Below, piece after piece: positions 37,936 to 48,294 of a stretch of DNA of 64,000 nt. Source of the stretch: an uncultured Candidatus Saccharibacteria bacterium. GTDB lineage: Bacteria; Patescibacteriota; Dojkabacteria; J137. The translations under genes and the position numbers were made by a program. Within the stretch, counting starts at the first letter, position 1; the number at the start of each line of letters is the position of its first letter. The notes beneath the pieces were generated by a model. It did no database searches, had not been told where the DNA came from, and worked only from the letters and a program-made list of their open reading frames with translations. The stretch is taken from positions 43,289-107,288 of the forward strand of contig CAYPVU010000020.1 in NCBI GenBank assembly GCA_964414295.1, given 5' to 3'.

Positions 37936-38083
37936 TGCAGTAATTGCAGAATTAATAAGTTTAGTTGTAATATAAATCTATTAAGGAACTAACTAAATAA
38001 GCTTACTTCACTTTGTTTTCATATTGAATGTATAAAATTTGTAAGCTTCTTATATAACAATACTTTGGTATTAAATAAATATT

Positions 38084-38998
38084 ATGATTGAAATCAAAAA
38101 TGTAACTAAACGCTACAACAATAACGCTGCAGTAAATAATTTAAGTTTAAAAATAGATAAAGGGGAAATTGTAGGTTTACTAGGGCCAAATGGAGCTGGG
38201 AAAAGTACAACTATGAAGATTATTACGGGTTTAATAATTCCGGATGAAGGAGATGTTTTTATAAACGAAAAAAGCATAAGAGATTATCCTGCATACGGTA
38301 AAAAGAGAATTGGATTTATGCCGGAAAGTAATCCTTTGTATAAAGATATGATTGTTAAAGAGGCTATTGAATATTCTTTAAGTTTAAGTAATGTTGCTAA
38401 AAGCAAATATAAAGAAAGAATCGATTATGTTGTAAAGGCTACAGGTTTAGAAAATGTTTTCTATAAACCAATATCAGATTTATCAAAAGGTTATAAACAA
38501 AGAGTTGGTTTAGCACAGGTTTTAGCTAGCGATCCAGAGATCTTAATATTAGATGAACCAACTGAAGGTTTAGACCCAAACCAGAGGAATGAGATTAGGA
38601 AGCTTATTGTTGAATTAGGGAAGAATAAAACTGTAATTATTTCTACACATGTTCTGCAAGAAGTTGAACTAATGTGTAATAGAATTGTAATTATAAATAA
38701 AGGTGAGATTGTTAAAGATGGAAACAAAGATTCTTTAACAAAAGATAAATTAAAAAATACAACTGTATTAGTAACCTTAAAAGCATCAAAAAAACCTCAG
38801 CTTTCTATTAATGCTACTCAAGTTAAATTAGTAGAAGAAAATAATAATAAATTTACATTCGAAATAAAGGGAGGTGATGAAGAGGCTATTGTTTCTTCTA
38901 TTAATAAACAATTTAAAACTAGTGACTGGCAAATACTTCAATTAAAAACTGTAAGCCAAAATCTAGAAGAAGTATTTAGATCATTAACATTAAATTAA
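38084..38998 (+). CDS. ABC transporter ATP-binding protein
   Basis: Walker A GPNGAGKST, signature LSKGYKQR, Walker B ILILDEPTEGLD. Confidence 0.85.
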   Translation: MIEIKNVTKRYNNNAAVNNLSLKIDKGEIVGLLGPNGAGKSTTMKIITGLIIPDEGDVFINEKSIRDYPAYGKKRIGFMPESNPLYKDMIVKEAIEYSLSLSNVAKSKYKERIDYVVKATGLENVFYKPISDLSKGYKQRVGLAQVLASDPEILILDEPTEGLDPNQRNEIRKLIVELGKNKTVIISTHVLQEVELMCNRIVIINKGEIVKDGNKDSLTKDKLKNTTVLVTLKASKKPQLSINATQVKLVEENNNKFTFEIKGGDEEAIVSSINKQFKTSDWQILQLKTVSQNLEEVFRSLTLN

Positions 38999-39000
38999 AT

Positions 39001-41253
39001 ATGAAAACAAGAAAATTTAAATTTAACAAAAGTGTTCCTTCTTTAATTTTAAAAGAAATTAAATCAATCTTATTTTCACCAACAGGATTTATTGTAGGAA
39101 GTTTATTTATTTTTGTAGTAGGAATATTAGTATTCGGAATAGGAAGGTTTACACAATTTGGAACTAATGATCTAACACAAGTTTTTGGATATTTAGCTTT
39201 TGCTATGGCTATAGCAATTCCGGCATTAGTAATGGGCTCTATTTCAAAAGAAAAAGGTAATGGAACTATGGAGTATCTACTGTCTAAACCTTTATCTGAA
39301 TTTGAGATTTTACTAGCTAAGTTTATATCTTATTCCATTTTATCTGTACTACTAATATTACTTACTCTACCTTTAACTTTAGCTACAGCAGCTTATGCAG
39401 GAGTAGATGTAGGACAAGTATTTATGCAATACGCAGGTGCAATAATGTTAGCTGTTTCTATTGTAAGTGTAGGGATAGCAGTATCCGCACTATTTAAAAA
39501 TGAAGTTGCCTCATTTTTAACTACTGTTGTAATAGTGGCTTTGTTTATAATAACTGGCTCTAATTTAATTAACTTTTTACCGTTTAGTCTCTCAACTTTT
39601 TTAGATAGAATTAGTTTATTATCTCACTATCAATCAGTATCTAGAGGAGTGTTAGATCTTAGAGATTTATTTTACTTTGCAGCATTTATATTCTTATTTT
39701 TATCTGTTGCATACTTTTTATTAATTAAAGATAAATACCCTAGTAAACATAAGTATTTAAGAAATACAAAAATTGCTACAGTTCTTTTTGTGATTATTGC
39801 CTTTTTAGTAGGGACTTTAGGACAAGTTATACCCGGAAGGCTAGATTTTACTTCTGATCAAAGATATACCCTATCTCCAGCAACAGTAAATGTATTAAAT
39901 AATATTCAAGATACCTTAACAATTGATTATTACGCTTCCTCTAATTTACCTATTGAATTTCAATCAGAACTTAGAAGAGTAAGTGATTTGCTTACAGATT
40001 ACGCTAAGGCTTCTAATGGAAGAATTATTTTAAATACAAGAGAACCAGATAAAGATCAAACAATTCAATCACAGGCAGAAGCTGCTGGAATTACTCAAAT
40101 TAGGTTCTCTGTAAATTCCAGTGATTCAGCTCAAGTAGTTGTAGGTTATTTTGGTATTGCATTCAAATATCAGGATAAAAATGAAGCAATGAATCTAGAT
40201 AATAGTATTTTAAACGATCTAGAGTACCAGGTAACAAAGAAAGTTAAAAAACTTACAGAAATAAGTAAAAAGGTTGTAGCTTTTGTAAATAATAATGTTT
40301 TACATTCACTAAGCGGAGACTTAACTAGGTTAAACTCTGAGCTAGGTGATTTATTCGAAGTTAGAAATATTGAACTAACTTTAGAAAATCCCGAAGTACC
40401 TTCTGATATATCTGCAATAGTAATTGCTGGTCCAGTTGAAAGATTTTCAGATAAAACAATAGAGTCTCTAAAAGCATTCTTTAATAATGGAGGTAGCATT
40501 TTCTTTCTTACAGATACAATAGATACAAATACAGAAACACCTACAATTAATGAAAATGCTTTAGGAAATTTATTTGCAGATTATGGTGTAACTATAAATA
40601 ATGATTTAGTTTATGATTTAGATAGTAATAATATAGTTGCACTGCAGTCACTATTTTCCCCAGTAATATTTAACTTCCCTCAATGGATAATTAGTAGACC
40701 AGTAGATAGTTCTACAGGTATAACTAAAGACGTTTCTGCTGTGTCTTTATTATGGGCAAATTCAATTAATATAGAACAAAAGGAAAATGTTACTGCTTCA
40801 GTACTACTAACTACTAGTGAAAATTCTAATATTCAATCATCAGATAGTCTAAATACTACATTTGAACAGACTTGGGAGTATAAGGATAGTGATTCTACTA
40901 GAACTGTTGGAGTTGCATTAGAAAATTCAAAGGGAGGTAGAGCTGTAATAGTGGCTGATACAGATTTTATTACTGATAACATTCTAAGTGCTCTAGCAGA
41001 GAGACAAGCTCAAGATAAGGAAGTTATATCCTTTACATTAAATTCAATTTCCTGGTTAGTTAGAGATAGTCTAGTAGGGAGCATTAAGGCTAAAACAAAC
41101 TCTGCAAAACTATTGAACTTAAATAGTAATCAACAAGTAACTTATATAGCTGCTAGTGTAGGAATTCCAATCCTAATCTGCACTCTAGTTTTTGCAGGTT
41201 ACTATCTAAAAAGAAGAAGAACACTAAACAAGATTTATAAATCTAATGAATAA
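39001..41253 (+). CDS. ABC-2 type permease fused to a large extracytoplasmic GldG-like (COG3225) domain with a C-terminal TM anchor
   Basis: N-terminal ~240 aa with 6 TM helices (ABC-2/GldF-like), a ~480-aa soluble region, and a C-terminal TM plus basic tail (YYLKRRRTLNK). Confidence 0.6.
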   Translation: MKTRKFKFNKSVPSLILKEIKSILFSPTGFIVGSLFIFVVGILVFGIGRFTQFGTNDLTQVFGYLAFAMAIAIPALVMGSISKEKGNGTMEYLLSKPLSEFEILLAKFISYSILSVLLILLTLPLTLATAAYAGVDVGQVFMQYAGAIMLAVSIVSVGIAVSALFKNEVASFLTTVVIVALFIITGSNLINFLPFSLSTFLDRISLLSHYQSVSRGVLDLRDLFYFAAFIFLFLSVAYFLLIKDKYPSKHKYLRNTKIATVLFVIIAFLVGTLGQVIPGRLDFTSDQRYTLSPATVNVLNNIQDTLTIDYYASSNLPIEFQSELRRVSDLLTDYAKASNGRIILNTREPDKDQTIQSQAEAAGITQIRFSVNSSDSAQVVVGYFGIAFKYQDKNEAMNLDNSILNDLEYQVTKKVKKLTEISKKVVAFVNNNVLHSLSGDLTRLNSELGDLFEVRNIELTLENPEVPSDISAIVIAGPVERFSDKTIESLKAFFNNGGSIFFLTDTIDTNTETPTINENALGNLFADYGVTINNDLVYDLDSNNIVALQSLFSPVIFNFPQWIISRPVDSSTGITKDVSAVSLLWANSINIEQKENVTASVLLTTSENSNIQSSDSLNTTFEQTWEYKDSDSTRTVGVALENSKGGRAVIVADTDFITDNILSALAERQAQDKEVISFTLNSISWLVRDSLVGSIKAKTNSAKLLNLNSNQQVTYIAASVGIPILICTLVFAGYYLKRRRTLNKIYKSNE

Positions 41254-42103
41254 AAGTACAATTAAAAAGTTATTAATAATAATAGTATTTTTAATATTGT
41301 TAGTAACTGGAGTTATGTTTATTGAAGGCAATTTAAAACAGAACTATAACTCTAGTTACTTCTTTAACGATCAAAAACTTTCTAATATAACTAAAGTTGA
41401 ATATGTTAATGCGTCTAATAATATTTTAATTAATAAAAGATCAGATGGCTGGTATGTGAATGATTATAAAGCTTCTAACAGAATTGTAGAAATAGCAATC
41501 TCTAAACTATTATCACTAAATGTTGAGTATATTGCATCTACTGAAGATAACTCCCACAGTTTATTCGAAGTAAATAATCCTAACAACAAGCTAATAATAG
41601 AAACAGAGAACTCAAGATTAGAATTTTTTATTGGCAAAAATACCTATTCAAATGGGAGCTTTATTAGAGATATTAATTCATCCTCAACTGTTGCTTTAGA
41701 TACCAATATATCGTCCATACTCGATTATGATGTAAATTACTTTAGGGATAAGGTTATTACTTCGTTTAACCCAAACTCGGTAGATGCTATAAAATTAAAT
41801 AACAAGGAATATAAAAAACAAGAGTGGGGAGGTAAAGAAGGTAATTTACAAAAGTTAATAATTAGATTAAGCAACTTAGAAGGTATCTCTATTGCTTCGG
41901 AAAGTGATAAAGCTAGTATATCAAAGCTATCTCCCCTTTTCACCGTTGACATTTCTACTAAAGGGAATGAGGTAAACTTATTCTTTTATGATTTTAATAG
42001 CATAAAGTATATAAAGGATAGAGCAAAGGAAGATTTTATAGTTATTACAGATTCAACTTTCCAAGATATTAATTCAGAGATAGAAACCTTAATTGGTGTA
42101 TAA
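41246..42103 (+). CDS. signal-anchored protein (DUF4340-like GldG-associated partner)
   Basis: N-terminal TM. Translationally coupled to the GldG-like gene by an 8-nt overlap. Confidence 0.4.
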   Translation: MNKSTIKKLLIIIVFLILLVTGVMFIEGNLKQNYNSSYFFNDQKLSNITKVEYVNASNNILINKRSDGWYVNDYKASNRIVEIAISKLLSLNVEYIASTEDNSHSLFEVNNPNNKLIIETENSRLEFFIGKNTYSNGSFIRDINSSSTVALDTNISSILDYDVNYFRDKVITSFNPNSVDAIKLNNKEYKKQEWGGKEGNLQKLIIRLSNLEGISIASESDKASISKLSPLFTVDISTKGNEVNLFFYDFNSIKYIKDRAKEDFIVITDSTFQDINSEIETLIGV

Positions 42104-42106
42104 CAC

Positions 42107-43027
42107 CTATTCTCTAATTTTTTTACTACCTATCTTTCCCGTTTTACTAGAATAATTAATATTGAGTATGTCTTTTAGAGCTTTATTAAATCTAATTAGT
42201 AAGATTAAACTAACATTAATTATTATTACAACAATAATTAAAATATAATTTACATAAAAGAAAGTTGTTTTTTTTACAGTACTTTTGTTTGTAAGTGTAT
42301 CTGTTACTAATACTTCTGCACGATATTGTCCTATGTCTAAAAGATCAGAAATTGGGATGCTTGCATCAATATTGTAAGTTTCTGAATTATAAATCATCTT
42401 TAAATTCTCGTTTAAGACCTTTGTATATACTATCTGCCCTTTATTACTAATTATATTAAGATTAATTATTGGTTTTGATACTTGATTAATGGCTGGATTA
42501 TCAATAGTTAAATTTAAATTAACTACATTACTTATGAGTAACTTTTGCGATACAGCAAATTCTTTGATGATAGTGCCTACTTCACTAGAAAATGTAGAGT
42601 CTACGAATACACTTATAGTATAAGGAATTTGTAGTATTACTAAAGAATCATTATTACTTTTATCTGTAACCTCCAATACAATAGCTTTTTTATAAACTCC
42701 TTTTGAACTATTTTCAGGAACGATTAACTTGTAATCAATTACTTGAGTACCTTTAGAAGCTAAGATTACATTTAAAGAAGATAGTTCAATCCATGGTGTA
42801 CTTGTTTGAATAGGAACCTCATTAATAATATCGTATTCCTTTAAAACTATCGATATGGGTATCTCTTCATTATTAGTAATTGAAAACTTTCCTGAATGAC
42901 TGTCCTGTGTTTTTAAAGTTATACTCTCAGTTGCAGGAGTAATGGTAACTCCTGTCTCTGCAGCCTCAATCTGTTGACTAAAGACAGATATTAAAATTAC
43001 AATTGTTGTAAATATCCACTTAAACAT
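42107..43027 (-). CDS. anchored surface protein, B-type paralog 4 (signal peptide plus C-terminal TM anchor)
   Basis: The C-terminus IGQYRAEVLVTD...YILIIVVIIINVSLILLIRF is shared with 43020, 45073 and 47239. N-terminal signal peptide. Confidence 0.55.
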   Translation of the reverse strand: MFKWIFTTIVILISVFSQQIEAAETGVTITPATESITLKTQDSHSGKFSITNNEEIPISIVLKEYDIINEVPIQTSTPWIELSSLNVILASKGTQVIDYKLIVPENSSKGVYKKAIVLEVTDKSNNDSLVILQIPYTISVFVDSTFSSEVGTIIKEFAVSQKLLISNVVNLNLTIDNPAINQVSKPIINLNIISNKGQIVYTKVLNENLKMIYNSETYNIDASIPISDLLDIGQYRAEVLVTDTLTNKSTVKKTTFFYVNYILIIVVIIINVSLILLIRFNKALKDILNINYSSKTGKIGSKKIRE

Positions 43028-43931
43028 TTTTTCTTTTTAAATTTCTTACTGTAAAAATAATAATTCCCAAAATAATAACTATTAGCCAGATGGGTATAAC
43101 AAATATTCTGCTTTTTTGCGTATAAACGTTATTTTCAAGACCATATAAAAAATTTAAAGATACTTCATACTCACCAAGAACTAACTGATTAAAGTAAATA
43201 TCTTTTGTATAGTTTCTAAGAGAGAATGAGTTTACAATTCGGCCTTCAGTATTGAAATCACTGTTTAATACATCGGGACCAAAACCAAATTTCTTATTTA
43301 GTGTAATTACTCCTGTAGGAGTTATTATCTGATTACTGTTATTTAAAACAGTTATAGAGTAGTTTACGCCATTTGAAATATAATTATAACCAACATCAAA
43401 TGTATCTAAAGAGATATCTCCATAACTAATACCTTGTACACCTGCAACATTTATAATAAATGGAACGCCTATACTTTGCTTTATAGAAGTTTTTGTCTCA
43501 CTTAAATTATTATTACTATTAGTAATTGTTTCAAAAAGTAATGTAAATAAATAACCACCTGGGGGAGTCTCGGGATTTATAGCTAGATCAAGTGTGTATT
43601 CATATCTTTCTTTAGGCTTTAGTACAATTGTATTCTTAAAATTTCTAATCCAATTTAAAATTGTTTCATCAATACTTTCATCAAATAGAATTTCTTGATT
43701 ATTATTAATTAATTTAAAACTTCTTAAATTAACTCCTAATACTACTTCTTCTGACTCATTATTTAATAGCGTTATTAGAACCTTTTCAGAATCATTTCCC
43801 TTATAGTTTTTTTGAACCTTTATAGGGCTTATTGAAATTCCATTTCCTTCATCTGCAGTTATAATAATACTTCCAGAAAGAATAATTAGTAGTATAAAAG
43901 ATATTGTGAATAAACCCTTTAGTATATTCAT
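43020..43931 (-). CDS. anchored surface protein, B-type paralog 3 (DUF916/DUF3324-like topology)
   Basis: N-terminal signal. C-terminal GEYEVSLNF...FVIPIWLIVIILGIIIFTV plus basic tail, homologous to 45073 and 47239. Confidence 0.55.
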   Translation of the reverse strand: MNILKGLFTISFILLIILSGSIIITADEGNGISISPIKVQKNYKGNDSEKVLITLLNNESEEVVLGVNLRSFKLINNNQEILFDESIDETILNWIRNFKNTIVLKPKERYEYTLDLAINPETPPGGYLFTLLFETITNSNNNLSETKTSIKQSIGVPFIINVAGVQGISYGDISLDTFDVGYNYISNGVNYSITVLNNSNQIITPTGVITLNKKFGFGPDVLNSDFNTEGRIVNSFSLRNYTKDIYFNQLVLGEYEVSLNFLYGLENNVYTQKSRIFVIPIWLIVIILGIIIFTVRNLKRKNV

Positions 43932-45073
43932 AAATTTGTAAATGCAGTGAATGTTAATGTATCACTATAACTTTCCGCTGGAGTTAGTGTACTTGATTTT
44001 ACTCCCACCTCAACTGCTATTCTGCTTAAGCTGTCTGATCTTACAGCTCCTAATGAACTAATTAGTAGAGTTGAACTACCCAAGCTCCCACTTATTTGAC
44101 CTACATCTCCAGCTGTTGAAGAATTAAAGGGTGAATTCACTAAAAAGGAACCAATTGTTGGTGTTCCTGTAGAAGCAATTCTTAAGCCGTAACCTTCTGT
44201 AGTACCAGCTAGGTTTAAATTACCTGTAATTGATTCTATTGTTCCAGTATTCCCAACTATTCCACCCACAGTATTATTTCTAGAACTTTGTACCAAAATT
44301 TTTAAGCCACTATTAGAGTTAGTAGCTGCTTCAATGCAAATAAATGGAATATCTGTAGTGCTATATTTAGCAATCCCTGGAAATAATTGACCAAAGCTTA
44401 TTGATTGATCCTCAGGTGGTGTCTGAGTATTATTATTACAATCACTATTCACTGTATCTATACCCATTAATATTGTATTAGAAATATTTGCATTTAACTG
44501 AACAGTATCTACATTTACAGCTGATGAATCTCCTAATATTATAACTGCTAATTCACCACTATCTTGTAGTGTATTTAAAGTTATATTAAATACTGTATTG
44601 CTTATTACATTAGGATTATTAATATTATGATTAGCTCCATTACTATTTAATTGCACTCTTATACATTTATTACTAGCTAAAGTATCTGTTCCAGATGTAA
44701 TAGCAATTGTTAAAGCTGAATATATAGCGCCCCATGTAGATCCGCTAGGTGAACTACTTAGTGTTTTATTCGTAAAAGTACTGGTTTTACAATCCAGTAA
44801 ACTTCCTTCAGCTAAGGTGATATCAGTATAGTCAAATAAACTTCCAAAGCTAAATTCTGAAGGGAAACTTATATTAATGCTTTGTCCAGCAGATAAACCA
44901 TTTGGTAATACAAAATATATATTATGATTTGCAATTGCATTAGAAGAAACCCTACTCATTTGATTAAAGACAGTTGTAATTGTGTCTGCTTTTATCAAAG
45001 TAAAGTTTATATTTAACATCAGCCCAATTAAAAGGGCAGAGCCTAATTTTAATAGAAATCTTTTTTTAAACAT
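43928..45073 (-). CDS. secreted Thr/Ser/Gly-rich Cys-paired surface protein, A-type paralog 3
   Basis: Signal peptide, several Cys pairs and a C-terminal ...TLTFTAFTNL strand. Related to 46190 and 48257. Confidence 0.55.
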   Translation of the reverse strand: MFKKRFLLKLGSALLIGLMLNINFTLIKADTITTVFNQMSRVSSNAIANHNIYFVLPNGLSAGQSINISFPSEFSFGSLFDYTDITLAEGSLLDCKTSTFTNKTLSSSPSGSTWGAIYSALTIAITSGTDTLASNKCIRVQLNSNGANHNINNPNVISNTVFNITLNTLQDSGELAVIILGDSSAVNVDTVQLNANISNTILMGIDTVNSDCNNNTQTPPEDQSISFGQLFPGIAKYSTTDIPFICIEAATNSNSGLKILVQSSRNNTVGGIVGNTGTIESITGNLNLAGTTEGYGLRIASTGTPTIGSFLVNSPFNSSTAGDVGQISGSLGSSTLLISSLGAVRSDSLSRIAVEVGVKSSTLTPAESYSDTLTFTAFTNL

Positions 45074-46176
45074 TAAATTTTTTTTGGAGTTTTTTTTAAT
45101 TCCCTAAGTTCTTTTGTTTTTCTTCTATCTCTTATGTAGATAAAAATGAGTAGAGCAATTATGATTGCTGCCACAAGAACTACTTTCCAAGGAATAATCC
45201 ATACATATATTGAAGAAACAATTTTTGGACTTACATTAAAAGTTACTCCTAATCTAGCTTCGTATTGTCCAAATCGAAAGTGAGAGAGTTCATAAACAAA
45301 TTGTTCAATAAAATTACCATTTACAGGATAGTCTGGATCAATCCAGCTATTTGTAAATTTTCTTGTTGTTCCAGGATAAATATCTAATTCCTCATCATTA
45401 AATGGGATTGTAATCTTAGAACCAGAACCAAACAATTCTATGTAACCCTTTGGGCTTTGAGATAACAAATTTCCTTCATTTTTAATTCTTGTTATAAATT
45501 TAATATTATCGTAATTATATATAGGTAAAAATGAATCAACTTTAAATTCTATTAGATCAAGTTTAGTCTTTACTTCATCACAATATTCTTGATTTGTGCT
45601 ATTAACATTTATATGCAGCTGAGAGACTATAGAATTTCTAATTCCTACTTGAGAATCTTGTGCGTTACTATTTAAATTTTTGTTTAATTCTTCTCTTGGT
45701 GCTGTAGAAATAAAGATAGTTGCAAGGTTAGTTCCGCACCTTGCAATTTCACTAACAGAAACGCTAAAGGGTATAGAAACAATTTGTCCTGCACTTAAAG
45801 TAAATTTATCCATATTTAACTTTATCCAATTCGCTGGTTCGGCTTCATCATTGGGATTAGGGATTTGAAAATCTCTTTCATCTTCTTCACCTAGCTTTTC
45901 CATTGTCATAGGGTAAGCATATAGTTGAAGTGTATCAGGTTGCCTAGCATCTCCTAAAACTTTTAGTTCAAAGTTTTTAGTTTCTCCAGGAGTAATATCA
46001 ATGTAGTATTTATCTGGACTAATTACTGCTGCATTAATAGGTTTATTAAAATAATTAAATACAGTAATTGCAGCTATAAACGCAAGTATAAATAGTCTAA
46101 CTAAATAGGCTTTTTTCATAAGGATGTAAATATGTACATTACTTTTGAGTATAGAATAAAATCGCTGGATTTCCAA
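45073..46176 (-). CDS. anchored surface protein, B-type paralog 2
   Basis: AAVISPDKYYIDITPGE... N-terminus. C-terminal GQYEARLGVTFNV...WIIPWKVVLVAAIIIALLIFIYIRDRRK TM plus basic tail. Paralog of 47239. Confidence 0.6.
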   Translation of the reverse strand: MEIQRFYSILKSNVHIYILMKKAYLVRLFILAFIAAITVFNYFNKPINAAVISPDKYYIDITPGETKNFELKVLGDARQPDTLQLYAYPMTMEKLGEEDERDFQIPNPNDEAEPANWIKLNMDKFTLSAGQIVSIPFSVSVSEIARCGTNLATIFISTAPREELNKNLNSNAQDSQVGIRNSIVSQLHINVNSTNQEYCDEVKTKLDLIEFKVDSFLPIYNYDNIKFITRIKNEGNLLSQSPKGYIELFGSGSKITIPFNDEELDIYPGTTRKFTNSWIDPDYPVNGNFIEQFVYELSHFRFGQYEARLGVTFNVSPKIVSSIYVWIIPWKVVLVAAIIIALLIFIYIRDRRKTKELRELKKTPKKI

Positions 46177-46189
46177 TATCTAAATACAT

Positions 46190-47179
46190 CTATTTAGTAT
46201 AAGCAGTATAGAAAACTGTTTGAGTATAAGTACCAGTTGCAGTACCCATTGTTGCTCCGTGAGTTACTGTAAAGTGATGGCCTACTGTTGCTTTATCACT
46301 TGTTGTTGTTGATGTTGCTAATGTTGTTTCTGTTGTCGGTACTGTTTGATATGCTGATCCATATGATCCTGCTGCACTAAATCTTGCTCCTGCTGTTGAT
46401 ATGTAAAAACCATATGCTTCTGTTCCTGCATTTATTGTTCCAGTTGCATTTGTCATATTTACTGTTCCATTTGTGAATGCTCCTCCTGCTCTTACTCTTA
46501 CTGTTGCTCCTGTTGATGAGTTTGTTCCTACTCCTACATTGTATGCACATGTATTTACTGAGTTTACTGATAATACTCCTAAGTTACATGTATTTGGATT
46601 TGTCATTAAAGTTGTTGTTCCTGAATTGTATAGATCTAATGCTAATACTGGAGGTACTATTGCTCTTACTTCTACTTCATTTTCATCTGCTATGTAAGAT
46701 AGTCCTGCTCCTGTATCGTATGTTGATCCACTTCCTCCTACATTTACTGATACTGACCAGCTGTAGTTTCCTGCTGAAGATGGTGTTGTTAATTGATTAC
46801 TATCTCCTATTACTGTTGTTACTGTTGTTGTTACTGAACCTGAAGTAGTTAAAGTACATCTAAAGTATCCTGCAATAAATCCGGTACATGTTTTTGATGA
46901 TATATTTGTTCCACTTATTGATATGTCTCCATCTGTTAGTGCTGCTCCTCCGGTAAAGGTTGTTGGATATGTTATTTCTATTACACTATTATTTGTTATT
47001 GCTGTTACTGGAGTAAAGGTTACTGTTACATCTACTGCCGTAGAGACAGCTAAAGAATCAGAAACTACTGTTACATCTGTTAATACTGCAGCATTAATGT
47101 GCTGAGTTAAATTAGAAAGTGGAACAAAAACTACTAATAAAACTAATAGCTTTTGTACAAGATTATTTCTCATATTCAA
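46190..47179 (-). CDS. secreted Thr/Ser/Gly-rich Cys-paired surface protein, A-type paralog 2
   Basis: Signal peptide with an AxA site (INA/A). Conserved Cys pairs KTCTGFIAGYFRCT and NPNTCNLGVLSVNSVNTCAY. C-terminal ...VFYTAYTK. Collinear paralog of 48257. Confidence 0.6.
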   Translation of the reverse strand: MNMRNNLVQKLLVLLVVFVPLSNLTQHINAAVLTDVTVVSDSLAVSTAVDVTVTFTPVTAITNNSVIEITYPTTFTGGAALTDGDISISGTNISSKTCTGFIAGYFRCTLTTSGSVTTTVTTVIGDSNQLTTPSSAGNYSWSVSVNVGGSGSTYDTGAGLSYIADENEVEVRAIVPPVLALDLYNSGTTTLMTNPNTCNLGVLSVNSVNTCAYNVGVGTNSSTGATVRVRAGGAFTNGTVNMTNATGTINAGTEAYGFYISTAGARFSAAGSYGSAYQTVPTTETTLATSTTTSDKATVGHHFTVTHGATMGTATGTYTQTVFYTAYTK

Positions 47180-47238
47180 TATTAAAAAATGAACGTTCTT
47201 ATCATTAAAACAAATGTAAAAAGAGGTGTCAATTATAA

Positions 47239-48294
47239 TTAATTTCTCTTTTTCATTTCTTTTTTTAGGTATTTAATTTCCTGCTTAGTCTTATAGCTAT
47301 TTTTTGCAAACCAAATTACACCAATTAAAATTACTAAAAAAAATAGAATAACTTTCCAAGGAAAAATCCAAATAGTAGTAGTAGCAATTATAGGTTTTTG
47401 AATGTTTTTTGTAACTCCTAATCTAGCAGTGTATGGACCTATTCTAAAGTTTGTTAACTCATAAATAAACTCTTGAAAAATATTCCCTCTAGGGTAATTA
47501 GGATCCATCCAAGTAGTATTAAAAATTCTAGTCGATTTAGGGTAAATGTCTAAACTATTTTCATTGAATTCTAAAGTAACTTTTTTACCTATCCCAAAAA
47601 GCTCAATAAATCCTTTTATATTTCTAGATAAATATTCCGATTCATTTTCAATGGATGTTTTAAATTCGATATTATCGTAGTTAAATATAGGAAGGGTGGC
47701 TGTTGTTTTAAATTCTTTAAGAATTAAATCCTCATAATATGCACAATTACTATTATCAACTTTTGATGTGGAGATATGTATTTGACTAATAACTTCATTT
47801 GCAATTGATATATTACTTCCTTGTGCTTCAGTTGTTTCTTCTGCTTCCGAAACAGCTAAGCCAGTTAAAGAACTTTGGCATAGATAATCTGTAGGAATAT
47901 TTAATTGCCAGTTAACATTTACAGTTTGGCCGGGGTCCACCTTTACTTGCTTATCTATAACGTTAATCCAGTTAGATACATCATCTTTATTATTAGGATC
48001 AGGTGAATAGAAACTTCTTTCGTTACCAGTGCCTATTTTCTTTACGCCTATTACTCTTATATTGTATGTTACAGTTTTATTTTGATTTGGAGCGGAATAA
48101 ATTGTTAAAGTCTTATTAATAGTATTACTTTCCTTTGTATCAATATAATACTTATCTGGACTAATTACTGCTGCACTAGCTTTGTAAGAAGTAAATAGGA
48201 CTAATAAAAAGAAAATAGTAAAAATCAAGCCTTTCCTTTTAAATTTAATAGTCATATTAATTAGTGTAAGCTCTATAGGTGACCTTGTGAGCAT
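47239..48294 (-). CDS. anchored surface protein, B-type paralog 1
   Basis: AAVISPDKYYIDTKESN... N-terminus. C-terminal WIFPWKVILFFLVILIGVIWFAKNSYKTK TM plus basic tail. Confidence 0.6.
   Translation of the reverse strand: MLTRSPIELTLINMTIKFKRKGLIFTIFFLLVLFTSYKASAAVISPDKYYIDTKESNTINKTLTIYSAPNQNKTVTYNIRVIGVKKIGTGNERSFYSPDPNNKDDVSNWINVIDKQVKVDPGQTVNVNWQLNIPTDYLCQSSLTGLAVSEAEETTEAQGSNISIANEVISQIHISTSKVDNSNCAYYEDLILKEFKTTATLPIFNYDNIEFKTSIENESEYLSRNIKGFIELFGIGKKVTLEFNENSLDIYPKSTRIFNTTWMDPNYPRGNIFQEFIYELTNFRIGPYTARLGVTKNIQKPIIATTTIWIFPWKVILFFLVILIGVIWFAKNSYKTKQEIKYLKKEMKKRN

Noticed and set aside
46477-46848. 123-aa plus-strand ORF beginning MLLLLLLLLLLLL and ending in a poly-Leu run
   Set aside because: It lies antisense to the Thr/Ser-rich surface protein gene 46190-47179. 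Repetitive ACN/AGT (Thr/Ser) codons on the coding strand read as CTG/CTC (Leu) on the opposite strand. It is a low-complexity artefact, not a gene.
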